From Fistulifera solaris (lineage: Eukaryota), in assembly GCA_030295235.1 (NCBI GenBank), contig AP026149.1, positions 795,404 to 815,403 of the forward strand: a DNA stretch of 20,000 nt. The letters run 5' to 3'. A model generated the notes under the pieces. It was not told the origin of the DNA. It did not search any database and saw only the letters and a list, made by a program, of their open reading frames with translations. The translations under genes were made by a program, and so were the position numbers. Every line of letters begins with the position of its first letter. Within the stretch, counting starts at the first letter, position 1. Shown here piece by piece: positions 9,610 through 19,669 of the stretch.

Positions 9610-11580
9610 CTAAAATTTCGCGGACTCGTCAATGCCACAATCGGCGTCCAGCACCAAAGGGGTGTGCAGGAACAACTTGAGCGCCCTTACTCCCTTCCAT
9701 GTAATATCCGTGTTTCGAAGACACAACCATTTCAAACTTGAATGTCCCATAATCGCCTTGGCAATGTCCAGAGCAGCCACATCCGTAATACGATTACCAT
9801 CAAGGCGAAGGTCTTCCAGCTTTGAAATACAGTAAAGATGAGATAGTCCTGCATCATTTATCCGGTTGTTTGCGACGTTCAGCGAAATCAAACTAGGGTG
9901 ATTCGTTTTATCTCCAAATACGCTTTTGCATATCTCTTGAAAGCCGAGGTCGCCAATGGAATTCCCTTCCAGATCGAGTCGTAACAAAGAGGCATTGTCG
10001 GCCAGCGCCCGCGCAATCTGCGATGACCCGTCCCCGAGATCACATCGTTTCAAAGAAAGGCAGCGAAGTGTTGTATTCTTTATCAGAGCTTTGGCCAATG
10101 CAACAGCTCCGTTAAATCCAAGTGGCGTATCTTTAATGTAAAGTCGCTGCAGATTTACTTGATTTGCCGCAACGACACACTCGGAAAGCCTCCCGACACT
10201 GCGGCGCGAAACCATTGATCCTCCAAATGATGCGCTCGTTACACACGGTTTGAACTTCGCCAGACTGACCATGATAGCCAGCAGCTCTTCGTCGCCATGC
10301 TTTTTCTTCGTCAAATCGAAGCAGATCATTTTCTTTTCCTTAATATCCCGCAATATCTTTCCTAACCAACCTTTTTTATTTTCTCGAAAAGCAAACGCAG
10401 CATGGAGTTGATTTTCAGCTTCATCCGTCAAGACATTCTGCTCGAAATAGAGCGTCTTCAATTTGATCGGGTGGCGGCACACGACATGAATGAATGGTGA
10501 TGGATCTCTCATTTGATTTCCAACCAAGTTCAACTCCTCGAGAGCCATGTCGGCCTTGAGAGACTCGGCTAAAACCTTAATTCCGCTATCACAAATGAAG
10601 TTACACTTCAGATTCAAATGAGTTAGCGCTGAGTTTTGCATCAGCATTTCTGCCAAGAACCCAGCGCCCGCGTCTTTAATACCATTCCACGATACATCCA
10701 AACATTTCAAGCACGTGTCGTCGTTTTCAATGATTCCCTGAGCGACCAACCGCACACCATTATCGCCAATACTATTCCGAGATAAGTTCAATTCTCGCAG
10801 GGTGTGATTGAATTTTAAGACAACGCCAAACGCTTCGGCCCCTTCGGTCTCGATGTTATTATCCATCATGTTCAACATTTTCAACGCCTTGTTGTGTCCT
10901 TTAATAAATGCGTCCGCTAGATGGTAAGCTCCGCTATAGCCAATTTTGTTGTTGCTTAGATCAAGCTCTTCCAGTAAGCATTCGGGTGAAGCTAGCACTT
11001 CACCAATGATATGCGCTCCCCTGTCTCCCAGCTTATTTTGCGATAAATCTAGACGCACGAGACGGCCGAGATAGAGCCCCATACTCTTTATAGATCTTCC
11101 AAAACTGTTATGCGAAAGGAAAAGTTCACGTAAAGAGTGTTCTGATCTCAAAAGCGAGGCAACGACCGATGCACCTTTAGCTCCTAGCTTATTGTTGGAT
11201 AAATGGATCGACTCCAAACGACATGTCGGCAACAGCAAGGCGTGGTCGAGCAAGTATGAGAGCCCTTCCGGCTTGATTTCATTATCTGATAAATCGATTT
11301 CACAAAGAAGTTCAGTTTGTTGAATAATGCGAGCCAGCGAAGGAACCGATTCTGTTGTCAGGCCATTCTTGGGTAGCCTGAGAGACCTTAGTTTGACTTT
11401 TTCATGATTTTCGAAGAGAATAGTATGTAACCTCGCAATATCTTTATTTTGAAAAACGTGCGAGCAATGAATCTTCTCAATATGCGCAATGTTGTTTTCG
11501 AGATACTGAAGGATTTCGTCGCTATTAATAAATGATTCGTCAGAAGGTATCTTGTCGAATTTTGCGACGGCTGTATTCAT
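9610..11580 (-). CDS. Ribonuclease-inhibitor-type leucine-rich repeat protein (NLRC3/RNI-like LRRs), 656 aa
   Basis: Many ~28-aa LRRs such as LRELNLSRNSIGDNGVRLVA, LEELDLSNNKIGYSGAYHLA and LLRLDLEGNSIGDLG, in two blocks. No NACHT domain is visible. The ORF is intact. Confidence 0.9.
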   Translation of the reverse strand: MNTAVAKFDKIPSDESFINSDEILQYLENNIAHIEKIHCSHVFQNKDIARLHTILFENHEKVKLRSLRLPKNGLTTESVPSLARIIQQTELLCEIDLSDNEIKPEGLSYLLDHALLLPTCRLESIHLSNNKLGAKGASVVASLLRSEHSLRELFLSHNSFGRSIKSMGLYLGRLVRLDLSQNKLGDRGAHIIGEVLASPECLLEELDLSNNKIGYSGAYHLADAFIKGHNKALKMLNMMDNNIETEGAEAFGVVLKFNHTLRELNLSRNSIGDNGVRLVAQGIIENDDTCLKCLDVSWNGIKDAGAGFLAEMLMQNSALTHLNLKCNFICDSGIKVLAESLKADMALEELNLVGNQMRDPSPFIHVVCRHPIKLKTLYFEQNVLTDEAENQLHAAFAFRENKKGWLGKILRDIKEKKMICFDLTKKKHGDEELLAIMVSLAKFKPCVTSASFGGSMVSRRSVGRLSECVVAANQVNLQRLYIKDTPLGFNGAVALAKALIKNTTLRCLSLKRCDLGDGSSQIARALADNASLLRLDLEGNSIGDLGFQEICKSVFGDKTNHPSLISLNVANNRINDAGLSHLYCISKLEDLRLDGNRITDVAALDIAKAIMGHSSLKWLCLRNTDITWKGVRALKLFLHTPLVLDADCGIDESAKF

Positions 11581-12034
11581 CGCTTTTGTAGCAAATTAAA
11601 TCATCACATACTCCGTGCTGCTTTGGCAATTGCACCTAGTAAGCAGCAAAACGAGCGCACTGACTGTGTTTGTAACCTGAAAAATATCACTTTCGACGAG
11701 AATGAAGACACTCCGTAATCCGTAATGAATATATAATTGGTTTGGTTGCTTGATTGTTGCTGTTCAACGCGAGCGCGAGGCTCGTTGTTTGTGGTTGAGC
11801 GGACGGCGTTCCAGAAAAAATCGTAAACGAATCTTAGCGGTACTTGTCTCCTTGTGACATGTGACATGCAATCCGCGCCTTTTTCTCCGCAACAAATACT
11901 CCGGAGTAAATAAACGACCCGTAACCCTTGGTTTTCTAATTTTCCCCGCATTCGCATTCAGCACATTCATTATTCTTTTTGATCAAAGAATCATTCATTT
12001 CATTATTTGTTGCTTCGCATAACCATAAAATCTT

Positions 12035-13309
12035 ATGTCGTGCTCTTCTTGGCTGCGCTTGCTATCCTTCGTCTGTTATTGTTGCTTTTTTTTGGCTGCA
12101 AAGTCCATCGACGGCGTCCCTTGCCTTCATCTCTTCACATAACAATATTCATCGTAAGCGATCAGCTTCTCCGTTACGACAAGAGCCACATCAACAAGAA
12201 GAAAATATTCAAGTATCAGATGCACCAAAGGAATGTCCTTATTCGATGCGGTTCTCACCGCAACGGATTAATTTGACGCGACCCAAACAATTGCCTCGCA
12301 AAAGATCCTCGGATTGACCTCCTTCTTTCCGGGACGTCGGAGTCGTTTCGAGCAAACTATTTCCTGTGAGCGATTAGAATGGTGCAAAGAAACAGATGGT
12401 CTTGCTCTTCTTGCTAGACTTTTTCATACAGCAGCCACCGCAACTGAAAACAATCTTGTCATGGCGTTTCCGGATGCGTCGGCTTATTCATTGCTCCAAA
12501 ATGCTGTTGAGATTCTTGGCCCATACGCTACACAATGGGATCTACAAATGATATGGGAGCCTCTGCCGCATATCAAATTCAATAAAACAGTCAACTCGGA
12601 TGCAGCAAACAACAATCAGCACGACAGAGCGTGGATTGACAACGAAACTCACCAGAGACGCACTCAAGAATGGGTCCAACGTCTACTTGTTACGCATGGA
12701 ATTTGTCCCTATACCCGGACTAATACAAAGTCTGGACAAGGGATACCAGGAGTCCCTGTTGCATTAATTGCCTACAGCGCCACACCCGCTACTTCGTTAC
12801 TGGAACTCGTATCTGTCTCGCTCACCAAGATTCAACACGATATGCTCGACGTTGGACCGGAAAAAACAAGTAGTATTCTTCTCGCTGCACCGGAGTTCGA
12901 CAACCGTTTCGAAGAATGGAGTGCACTTTTCTTTTCTATATTGCAAGCCTGCATAGTAGCAGTCTCTTTAACAGACACAATTGGCGTCGTTTGCTTTCAT
13001 CCTGAGTACAAAGTATCCGACGGTCAAACCTGGCCGGGTTTTGGGCACATGCACAGCGTTCCGAAATTGCAACAATTGACAGATATTGATTTGTGGAATG
13101 AAGCTGCCGCAGGTGGTGCTTGGCAACGTCGAACTCCACACGCGACGTTGAATGTACTATGGGCGCCCCAACTCGCTTTGGCAGAAAAGCAACGGAAAAC
13201 AACAAGCCTGTATCGAGAAAATATTCGAAAGCTAGTGCACGGTATTGGTGTTGAGAAATTGCAACAAGATTTGGAACAAGAGCGGAGGCTGTTCAAGGTT
13301 GTTGAGTGA
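12035..13309 (+). CDS. DUF1415-like protein, probably with a signal/bipartite plastid presequence; the 5' part needs two homopolymer indel corrections
   Basis: ORF 12314-13309 has TQEWVQRLLVTHGICPYT, IGVVCFHPEY and WQRRTPHATLNVL, which resemble DUF1415 (W..........CPFA, FHPDY, RSPYP). ATG 12035 plus removal of one T from the T8 run (12086-12093) and addition of one A to the A4 run (12300-12303) gives MSCSSWLRLLSFVCYCCFFWLQSPSTASLA-FISS. Confidence 0.65.
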
Positions 13310-13480
13310 ATCCCCATTTAGTGCTTTTCTGGTCCATGATAATATTATGTTGAATCTGCTCTAAACAATATCTCCTAAGGATAAACACTTTAATGTGCGC
13401 TTTAGTGTACAATTTGCAATTCAAATTAGTTTTGAGCATTTTAAATATAGTTCGACACACTCCAAAATAACAAATAACGA

Positions 13481-13680
13481 ATACCGATATTCACGTTATA
13501 ATAACGTATTATATCAGAGCCATTTTTCCCAATATCGATATTTGTCGATATTCGTACGCCTGACAGACGGATATGTGGCATTTCACGCTAAAATGGCTGT
13601 ATTTTGCGGGCGAAGACAGACAGTCGCCGATATTAATATCGGTTATCATATCGTATAATACGATATTGATATTCGTAAAA
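13481..13680. repeat. AT-rich cluster of short palindromes and CGATAT/ATATCG motifs
   Basis: ACGTTAT-A-ATAACGT (13493-13507), AATATCGATATT (13531-13542), CCGATATTAATATCGG (13627-13642) and ATATCGTAT-A-ATACGATAT (13648-13666). Confidence 0.75.
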
Positions 13681-13692
13681 ATCAAAATATAT

Positions 13693-13810
13693 TTAGGGTT
13701 AGGAATTTGGGAATCGGGATATGGAACATGGAACTTGGAACAAGGAAACGTAGAAGTAGGAAGTAGGAATTAGAGAAACGGTAACTTAGAAGTAGCTAGT
13801 AGGAATTTGA
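13693..13810 (+). repeat. Subtelomeric repeat copy A: TTAGGGTTAGG seed followed by degenerate G-rich 7-mers (GGAACTT/GGAAGTA-like)
   Basis: 13693-13747 is 51/55 identical to 19313-19367. Confidence 0.85.
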
Positions 13811-13875
13811 GTAGCACTTGCAAAAACTGTTGTATCTATCAATGTTTTGCTCCTGTAAAAATACCGACATGGCTC

Positions 13876-14383
13876 TGTCAAAGAGCGAGGTCGAGGTTGA
13901 GTGTCGGACTGAAAGATTTATTCAGTCATGAGTTGACACGTCATCGGATGTCGGAATGGTTCGAAATGACCGCCTAGTTTATTGGGAAAGCATTCTACTC
14001 GTGAAAGGAGTCTCGGAAGTGTTTCGAACTATATGTTTGGGGATTTGGGATCACGGAAGAATCCAGTATGCAATTATGGACGATGACTGTTGCTAGTTGC
14101 TAAGGAACATGCAATAATGGAGAATCTGGTGGATTGGCAGAAAGGGCTATTTTATCCTAAAGTTGTTATTGGAGAAATGGACTTGGCAAGATCGGATCAT
14201 GATCAGATCAAGATCAGATCGGAGACCAGTGAAAAGAGGAAAGCGAAAGTAATCGTAGGAAATCGTCATAATTCTGTAAACGAGTGTTTGGAGCAAAAGT
14301 TCGTTGTTTCAATAGTCTTTCGTCTGGGGTGTGGAGTCCCCGATAGCCGAGAGCAGTTACAGACCGCGGTAGAAATTTCAACA
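13876..14383 (+). repeat. 5' LTR (508 bp)
   Basis: TGTCAAAG...AATTTCAACA; direct repeat of 18744-19254. Confidence 0.95.
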
Positions 14384-14433
14384 CGCTTATAAGCGTGGCG
14401 TTGAGAAAAAAAAAGTTTACGAGACAAGACAAG

Positions 14434-17400
14434 ATGACCGACGAGGGAGAGAAGATGAGGGCTTTGACCTTCTACCCGTTGGACGACAAGGTCGCTGAGA
14501 AGTCGTACGATGACTGGAAGTTCAAGACGATGTCGCTGATCACGAAGAGAGGTTGGACAAGTGTGTTCGATGACCTGAAGGCCGAGATCCCCACGAAGGA
14601 AGTTGCGATGGGAGCAGCGGCGACGGCGAAGGACAAGGAGTTGTATCGAAGCAATCTCGAGATCATCGATTTGTTGGTGATTGCGTGCGAAGGCGTTCCT
14701 TTGGGTCTTGTCAAGAGAGCGGATGGTGATGCGAGAGAGCGCATTCAAGCTTTTGGATGCTAAGTACGCCCGGAACAGCGAGGAAGATTTGGCGGAGGTG
14801 TTGGCGGAGTTCGGACGGTGCAAGTTGGCGTCGAAGGAAGATGACCCTGACAAGTTCTTCCTGGAGTGCGATCGGTTACAGAACCGTTTGAAGACAATCG
14901 GATCGCAGTATGTGAAGCCAAGTTTCGTTTTGAAAGCCCACTATTTGGCCAACCTTCCTGACGAGTATTCGGATGTGATCACGAAGTTGAGCGGAAAGAT
15001 CAACGAGACCTCGATTGAAGACCTCGAGAAGGAGATCCGGAACAAGTGGAAGCGCTGTTTCAAGCCCAAGAACGATGAAGAAAACGAAGAAAAAGAAAAA
15101 AGACAAAAAAGAAAATAAAAATTTAGCATTAAACGTCGAAAAGGGCAAGGGTGGTTTTAAGAAGAAGTTCAAAGGAAAGTGCCGCAACTGCGGCAAACAA
15201 GAACACAAGGCAGCGGAGTGCAAGAGCGACAAGAAGAAAGTCTGCTTCAACTGTGGCAAGGAAGGCCATTTCTCTCGCGAGTGTCCGGACAAGTCGAACG
15301 GCAAGGATCCGAAGTCGGAGAACAAGGACCTGAACATGTTCGTTGGCATGTGCTATGAGGTCGGCAAAGGCGGCGAAGAGTTCTGTGGCGTCGTTCATCA
15401 AGTTGGTGCGGTCGAAACGTCGAGAGTCAACGACAAGGAAAGGTTTCTTCTCGACAGTGGAGCGACGTGCCATGTTGTTTTGGATGAAACGATTTTGCGC
15501 GATGTTATTTCGACGAAGGAGTATTTGGTCGTCGGCGACGGAAAGGAAGTCCAAGTACACAAGAAGGGTACACTCATGCTCGCTACTGTGGGTGGTACTA
15601 TGAAGTTGAGTGAAGTCAAGGTGGCGCCAACGTTCGCAAAGAATATCATCAGTACTGGGGCTTTAGTGAAGCAAGGGTGCAAGATTGAGATAACCAGTTG
15701 TGCGATGAAGATCACTGACCCCTCCGGAAAGAGTGTGTTGACGGTACCTCAGTCACACTATGGGTTATACTACTTGAAGGCTAGCGTTGTTAAGTCAGAT
15801 GTCCATGCGGTGGAGACCAAAGTGAAGATGGACATAAATGCTGCGCACGATATGTACGGACACGCAAGCGACATTCCTTTGAGGAGTCTCATGAAACAGT
15901 TGGGAATCGAGTTAACTGGAACCAAGGAGACATGCGAGGCGTGCGCGTATGCGAAGGCGAAAGCAAAGGCGGTGTGCAAGTCGACGGCTATCAAAGCAAC
16001 GGCGAAAGGAGAACGATTCTACGTGGACACGAGTGGGCCCTACAAGAAATCGTTGGGACAGAGTTGCTACTGGATCTTATTGGTGGATGATTACACGCGC
16101 AAAGCTTGGAGTTACTTCGTTACAAAGAAGTCGATGATTGGCAAAGTCATGACGCTATTTCTTGATCGCTTGAAAGGAGATCCGAACGTAATCGTAAAGT
16201 ACATTCGGTGTGATAATGCAGGCGAGAACGGAACATTCAAGGAGATCTGTGAGGCGAGGGGCATAACTATGGAGTTTACTGCCCCGCATACTCCGCAGAT
16301 GAACGGTGTTGTTGAGAGGAAGTTCACGACAATTCGCGATAAGGCCCTTGCGATGATGTTGGCGGCGAAGTTGTCGGATGAGCATCAAGGAAAGTTATGG
16401 CCCGAGGCTGTTCACACGGCAACGAAGTTGGATAACGCTGTCCCGAATCGGAATGTGGAATCGAGCCCTGATTATGCGTGGTACGGCGAGCATCCTAAGA
16501 TACTGAAACACTTGGTTCAGTGGGGGCGGATCGGATATGTGACTTTACGAAACAAACAGCCCAAGTTGGAGAAGAAGTCAGTGAAATGCGTGATGGTTGG
16601 GTACGCGGATTCGCATGCGGGCGATACGTATCGTGTTTACAAGCCGGATGAAAATATTGTCATTCTCTCACGTGACGTCACTTGGGCAGACTGGCATGGA
16701 TCGAGTGCTTCAGTTGCATCAGAGTTAAGGATGTTTGCAGCTGGAATGGAAGTCGACTTAAAGGATGACCAAATTGGGGAGGAAGTCGCAATCAAACCGG
16801 TGATGCTCGAAGATGTCGATGCTGGAGCAGGGAGGAAAGTTGTGGAAGAGAAAGCGGCAGAGGAAGTTGTCGAAGTGGCTGTGGAAGGTCCTACGGAAGC
16901 TCTGGTACCCGAGGCTACGGCGGACAATACTCCAGCACCGAATCAACGGAAAGAGACGCAATCGACGATGAAAAGACTGAATAGAGAAATGGCAAGGCTG
17001 GACACTTCATATAACCCAACAATGAGCGTAAAGGAGAGATCAATACAATCGATGTGTCGGAAGGTTATTTTCACTACGTTTTGAATACGGAGTTGGCGTC
17101 GGATCCTGGTGCGCCGAAAACTTACAAGGAAGCCTTGGTTGGTCCGGATGCAGACAAGTGGAAAGAGGCAATGAAGAAGGAGATTGAAAATTTCATTAAA
17201 AGAGATGCTTGGAAGATGGTTCCTAGAAAGCAGATGAAGGAGAGAGGACGGAAGCCTGTTACGCCGAAGTGGATTTTCAAAAAGAAGAAAAGAGGCAACG
17301 GGAATTCGTTTCAAAGCTCGGACTTGTGCGCGGGGGTTTGTTCAAATCCCTGGTGTGGACTTCACTCTTTCGCATTCACCTGTTGCATCGGACATGTCGG

Positions 17401-18743
17401 TTCGAATGGTTTTGGCAGTGGTACTTTACATGTGGAAGAAGATGTGGGTCACTGAAGTTATTGACGTTGAGGCTGCGTTTCTAGAAGCGAAGTTGAGAGA
17501 GGAGGTGTATCTTGAATGGCCCTTTGGGCTATATGAGTTTGGGTACATCACGCATGAAGAGTTAATTGACTACATCATCCTATTGGAGAGGGCGATGTAC
17601 GGTTTGGTCCAGAGTCCACGAGAGTACTTCATGCTCTACTGTGCCCAATTGAGGAAGCTGGGGCTTATTCAGAGTGCTGCGGATCCGTGTGTCTGGTTTA
17701 AAGTGGTGAACGGCGAGACAGTATTAATCATTGTGGTGTATGTCGATGATTGTATCCTTGCCGGTCCCCAAGAAGAAATCAATTGGTTCAAGAGAGAGAT
17801 CAAGAAGCGCTTCAACATTACCGAAATGGGCCCGATTCAGAAACACTTGGGAGTTTGGTACGAGAGAAAATCGGATGAAGCAGGAGAGTTCTACGAAGTG
17901 CGAATGGATGAGTACAAAGACGAGATAGTAAAGGATTGGAAGGAGCTGATTGGACCGTTGAAAGCTGAGAAGACACCGGGCTATCCAGGGGAATCGCTTG
18001 TGAAGAACGAAGGCGATCCAGTTAATAAGGATCAGTATCGGAAGTTTCTCGGACGTCTCATGTGGCTGGTGCGGAAAGTAGCTCCGGAATGTGGAAATGC
18101 AGTTAGGGAGCTTGCAATGTTTATGGATTCGCCAGGTGAAGAACATTGGAGAGCGATGAAGAGATTAGTCGGCTATCTCGAGAGTACGGACGTTCATTTG
18201 AAGTTGCGCGAGCCTGTTAATTTGAAGGTTTACGCATGGGTGGATTCAAACTTTGCTACGAACAAGGAGGCAGCGGAAAAGTGTTACTGGCTACTTTGTT
18301 ACCATTGGAGGTTGTTTGTGTGGCTTTTCAAGCAAGTTGCAACCGGCGGTGACACTGTCAAGTACGGAGGAATATTATCACGGCATCTACGTGTGCGACG
18401 GACATCAAGTTTTGCAGATGTTATTGAAGAATTGTTTCCGAAGGTGAAGATTCGACCGGCTACCTTGTTTGAAGATAACACGGGCGCAATCTTCTTGATG
18501 GAAAAACAAGTTGTGGGGAATAGGGCCGAAACACATTGATATTCGAATGCATTTTATAAGGGGAGATGATGGCTGCAACGGAGAAGGAAGAAAGCCAGGC
18601 TGGTTGTGAAGTTTATTCGGTCGGGAAAGGAATATTGCAGATCTGGAAACCAAGAATGTGACAGAGAAAATCCATGATCTTTTGGTGCCTGTTGTTGAGA
18701 AGGACTCATGGCGCGGTTAATCTTAGCAGCCGACAGGGAGGGA
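14434..18743 (+). CDS. Copia Gag-Pol polyprotein, broken by several small frameshifts (~14745, ~15100, ~17060, ~17290, ~18270 and later)
   Basis: Gag N-terminus (YDDWKFK); two CCHC knuckles (CRNCGKQEHKAAEC, CFNCGKEGHFSREC); protease LLDSGATCH; integrase HHCC (HDMYGH...CEAC) and DDE core (VDTSGP, RCDNAGE, NGVVER); RT (DVEAAFL, MYGLVQSPR, YVDD); RNase H (VDSNFA, RKSVTGY, FEDNTGAI, HIDIR). Confidence 0.93.
18735..18743 (+). other. Polypurine tract
   Basis: AGGGAGGGA lies immediately before the TG of the 3' LTR. Confidence 0.85.
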
Positions 18744-19254
18744 TGTCAAAGAAGCTGAGGTCGAGGTTGAGTGTCGGACTGAAAGATTTATTCAGTCATG
18801 AGTTGACCGTCATCGGATGTCCGAATGGTTGAAATGACCGCCCTAGTTTATTGGGAAAGCATTCTACTACGTGAAAGGAGTCTGGGAAGTGTTTCGAACT
18901 ATATGTTTGGGGATTTGGGATCACGGAAGAATCCAGTATGCAATTATGGGCGATGACTGTTGCTAGTTGCTAAGGAACATGCAATAATGGAGAATCTGGT
19001 GGATTGGCAGAAAGGGCTATTTTATCCTAAAGTTGTTATTGGAGAAATGGACTTGGCAAGATCGGATCATGATCAGATCAAGATCAGATCGGAGACCAGT
19101 GAAAAAGAGGAAAGCGAAAGTAATCGTAGGAAATCGTCATAATTCTGTAAACGAGTGTTTGGGCAAAAGTTCGTTGTTTCAATAGTCTTTCGTCTGGGGT
19201 GTGTGGAGTCCCGATAGCCGAGAGCAGTTACAGACCGCGGTAGAAATTTCAACA
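18744..19254 (+). repeat. 3' LTR (511 bp)
   Basis: By eye it differs from the 5' LTR by about 10 small indels and 3 substitutions. Confidence 0.95.
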
Positions 19255-19305
19255 TGGCTCTCGAGGAGTTGAACTTGGTTGGAAATCAAATGAGAGATCC
19301 ATCAC
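19255..19305 (+). other. Inverted exact copy of LRR-gene interior (reverse complement of 10497-10547); continues on the other side of the Copia at 13864-13875
   Basis: TGGCTCTCGAGGAGTTGAACTTGGTTGGAAATCAAATGAGAGATCCATCAC is 51/51 identical to the LRR coding strand (MALEELNLVGNQMRDPS). Confidence 0.95.
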
Positions 19306-19455
19306 GTTAGGGTTAGGGTTAGGAATTTGGAAATTGGGATATGGAACTTGGAACTTGGAAAAAGGAACTTAGAACTAGGTAAATTGGAAGTAGGAATCAG
19401 TAACAAAGGAGTAAGGAAGATGGAATAGAAGGAAATGTTGGAAATAAGGAAAAGA
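19306..19455 (+). repeat. Subtelomeric repeat copy B: GTTAGGGTTAGGGTTAGG followed by degenerate G-rich 7-mers
   Basis: About three telomere units, then AATTTGG AAATTGG GATATGG AACTTGG AACTTGG AAAAAGG; homologous to 13693-13747. Confidence 0.85.
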
Positions 19456-19669
19456 AGAAAGATTTCATTGGAAATGCAAATCAAAGTATCAAAATTATTT
19501 TGTGCAACAAAGACATTTGCAGTTCTGAGTTGGTGCATTTGGATCCATTTCACAGACTTTGATCAATGTTGTATCAAGAGTTAGACTTTGATCAATGTCG
19601 TACCAATGTGAATGGTGTCCTCTTTGTAGAATTGCTGGGTATGATCATAGAGCTTTGTTGTAGTGACTG

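Larger units (their letters stand above)
13876..19254 (+). mobile_element. Full-length Ty1/Copia LTR retrotransposon (~5.4 kb), diatom CoDi-like by context
   Basis: Two TG...CA LTRs, a 6-bp target-site duplication TGGCTC (13870-13875 and 19255-19260), domain order gag-PR-IN-RT-RH, and a polypurine tract before the 3' LTR. Confidence 0.97.

Noticed and set aside
14090..14392. ORFs inside the LTRs (also 18960-19142) as an extra retroelement gene
   Set aside because: Non-ATG start, frames differ between the two LTRs, and no recognisable protein.
15085..15120. Programmed gag-pol ribosomal frameshift in the A-rich tract
   Set aside because: It lies upstream of the Gag zinc knuckles, and similar shifts occur throughout the element, so a homopolymer error is more likely.
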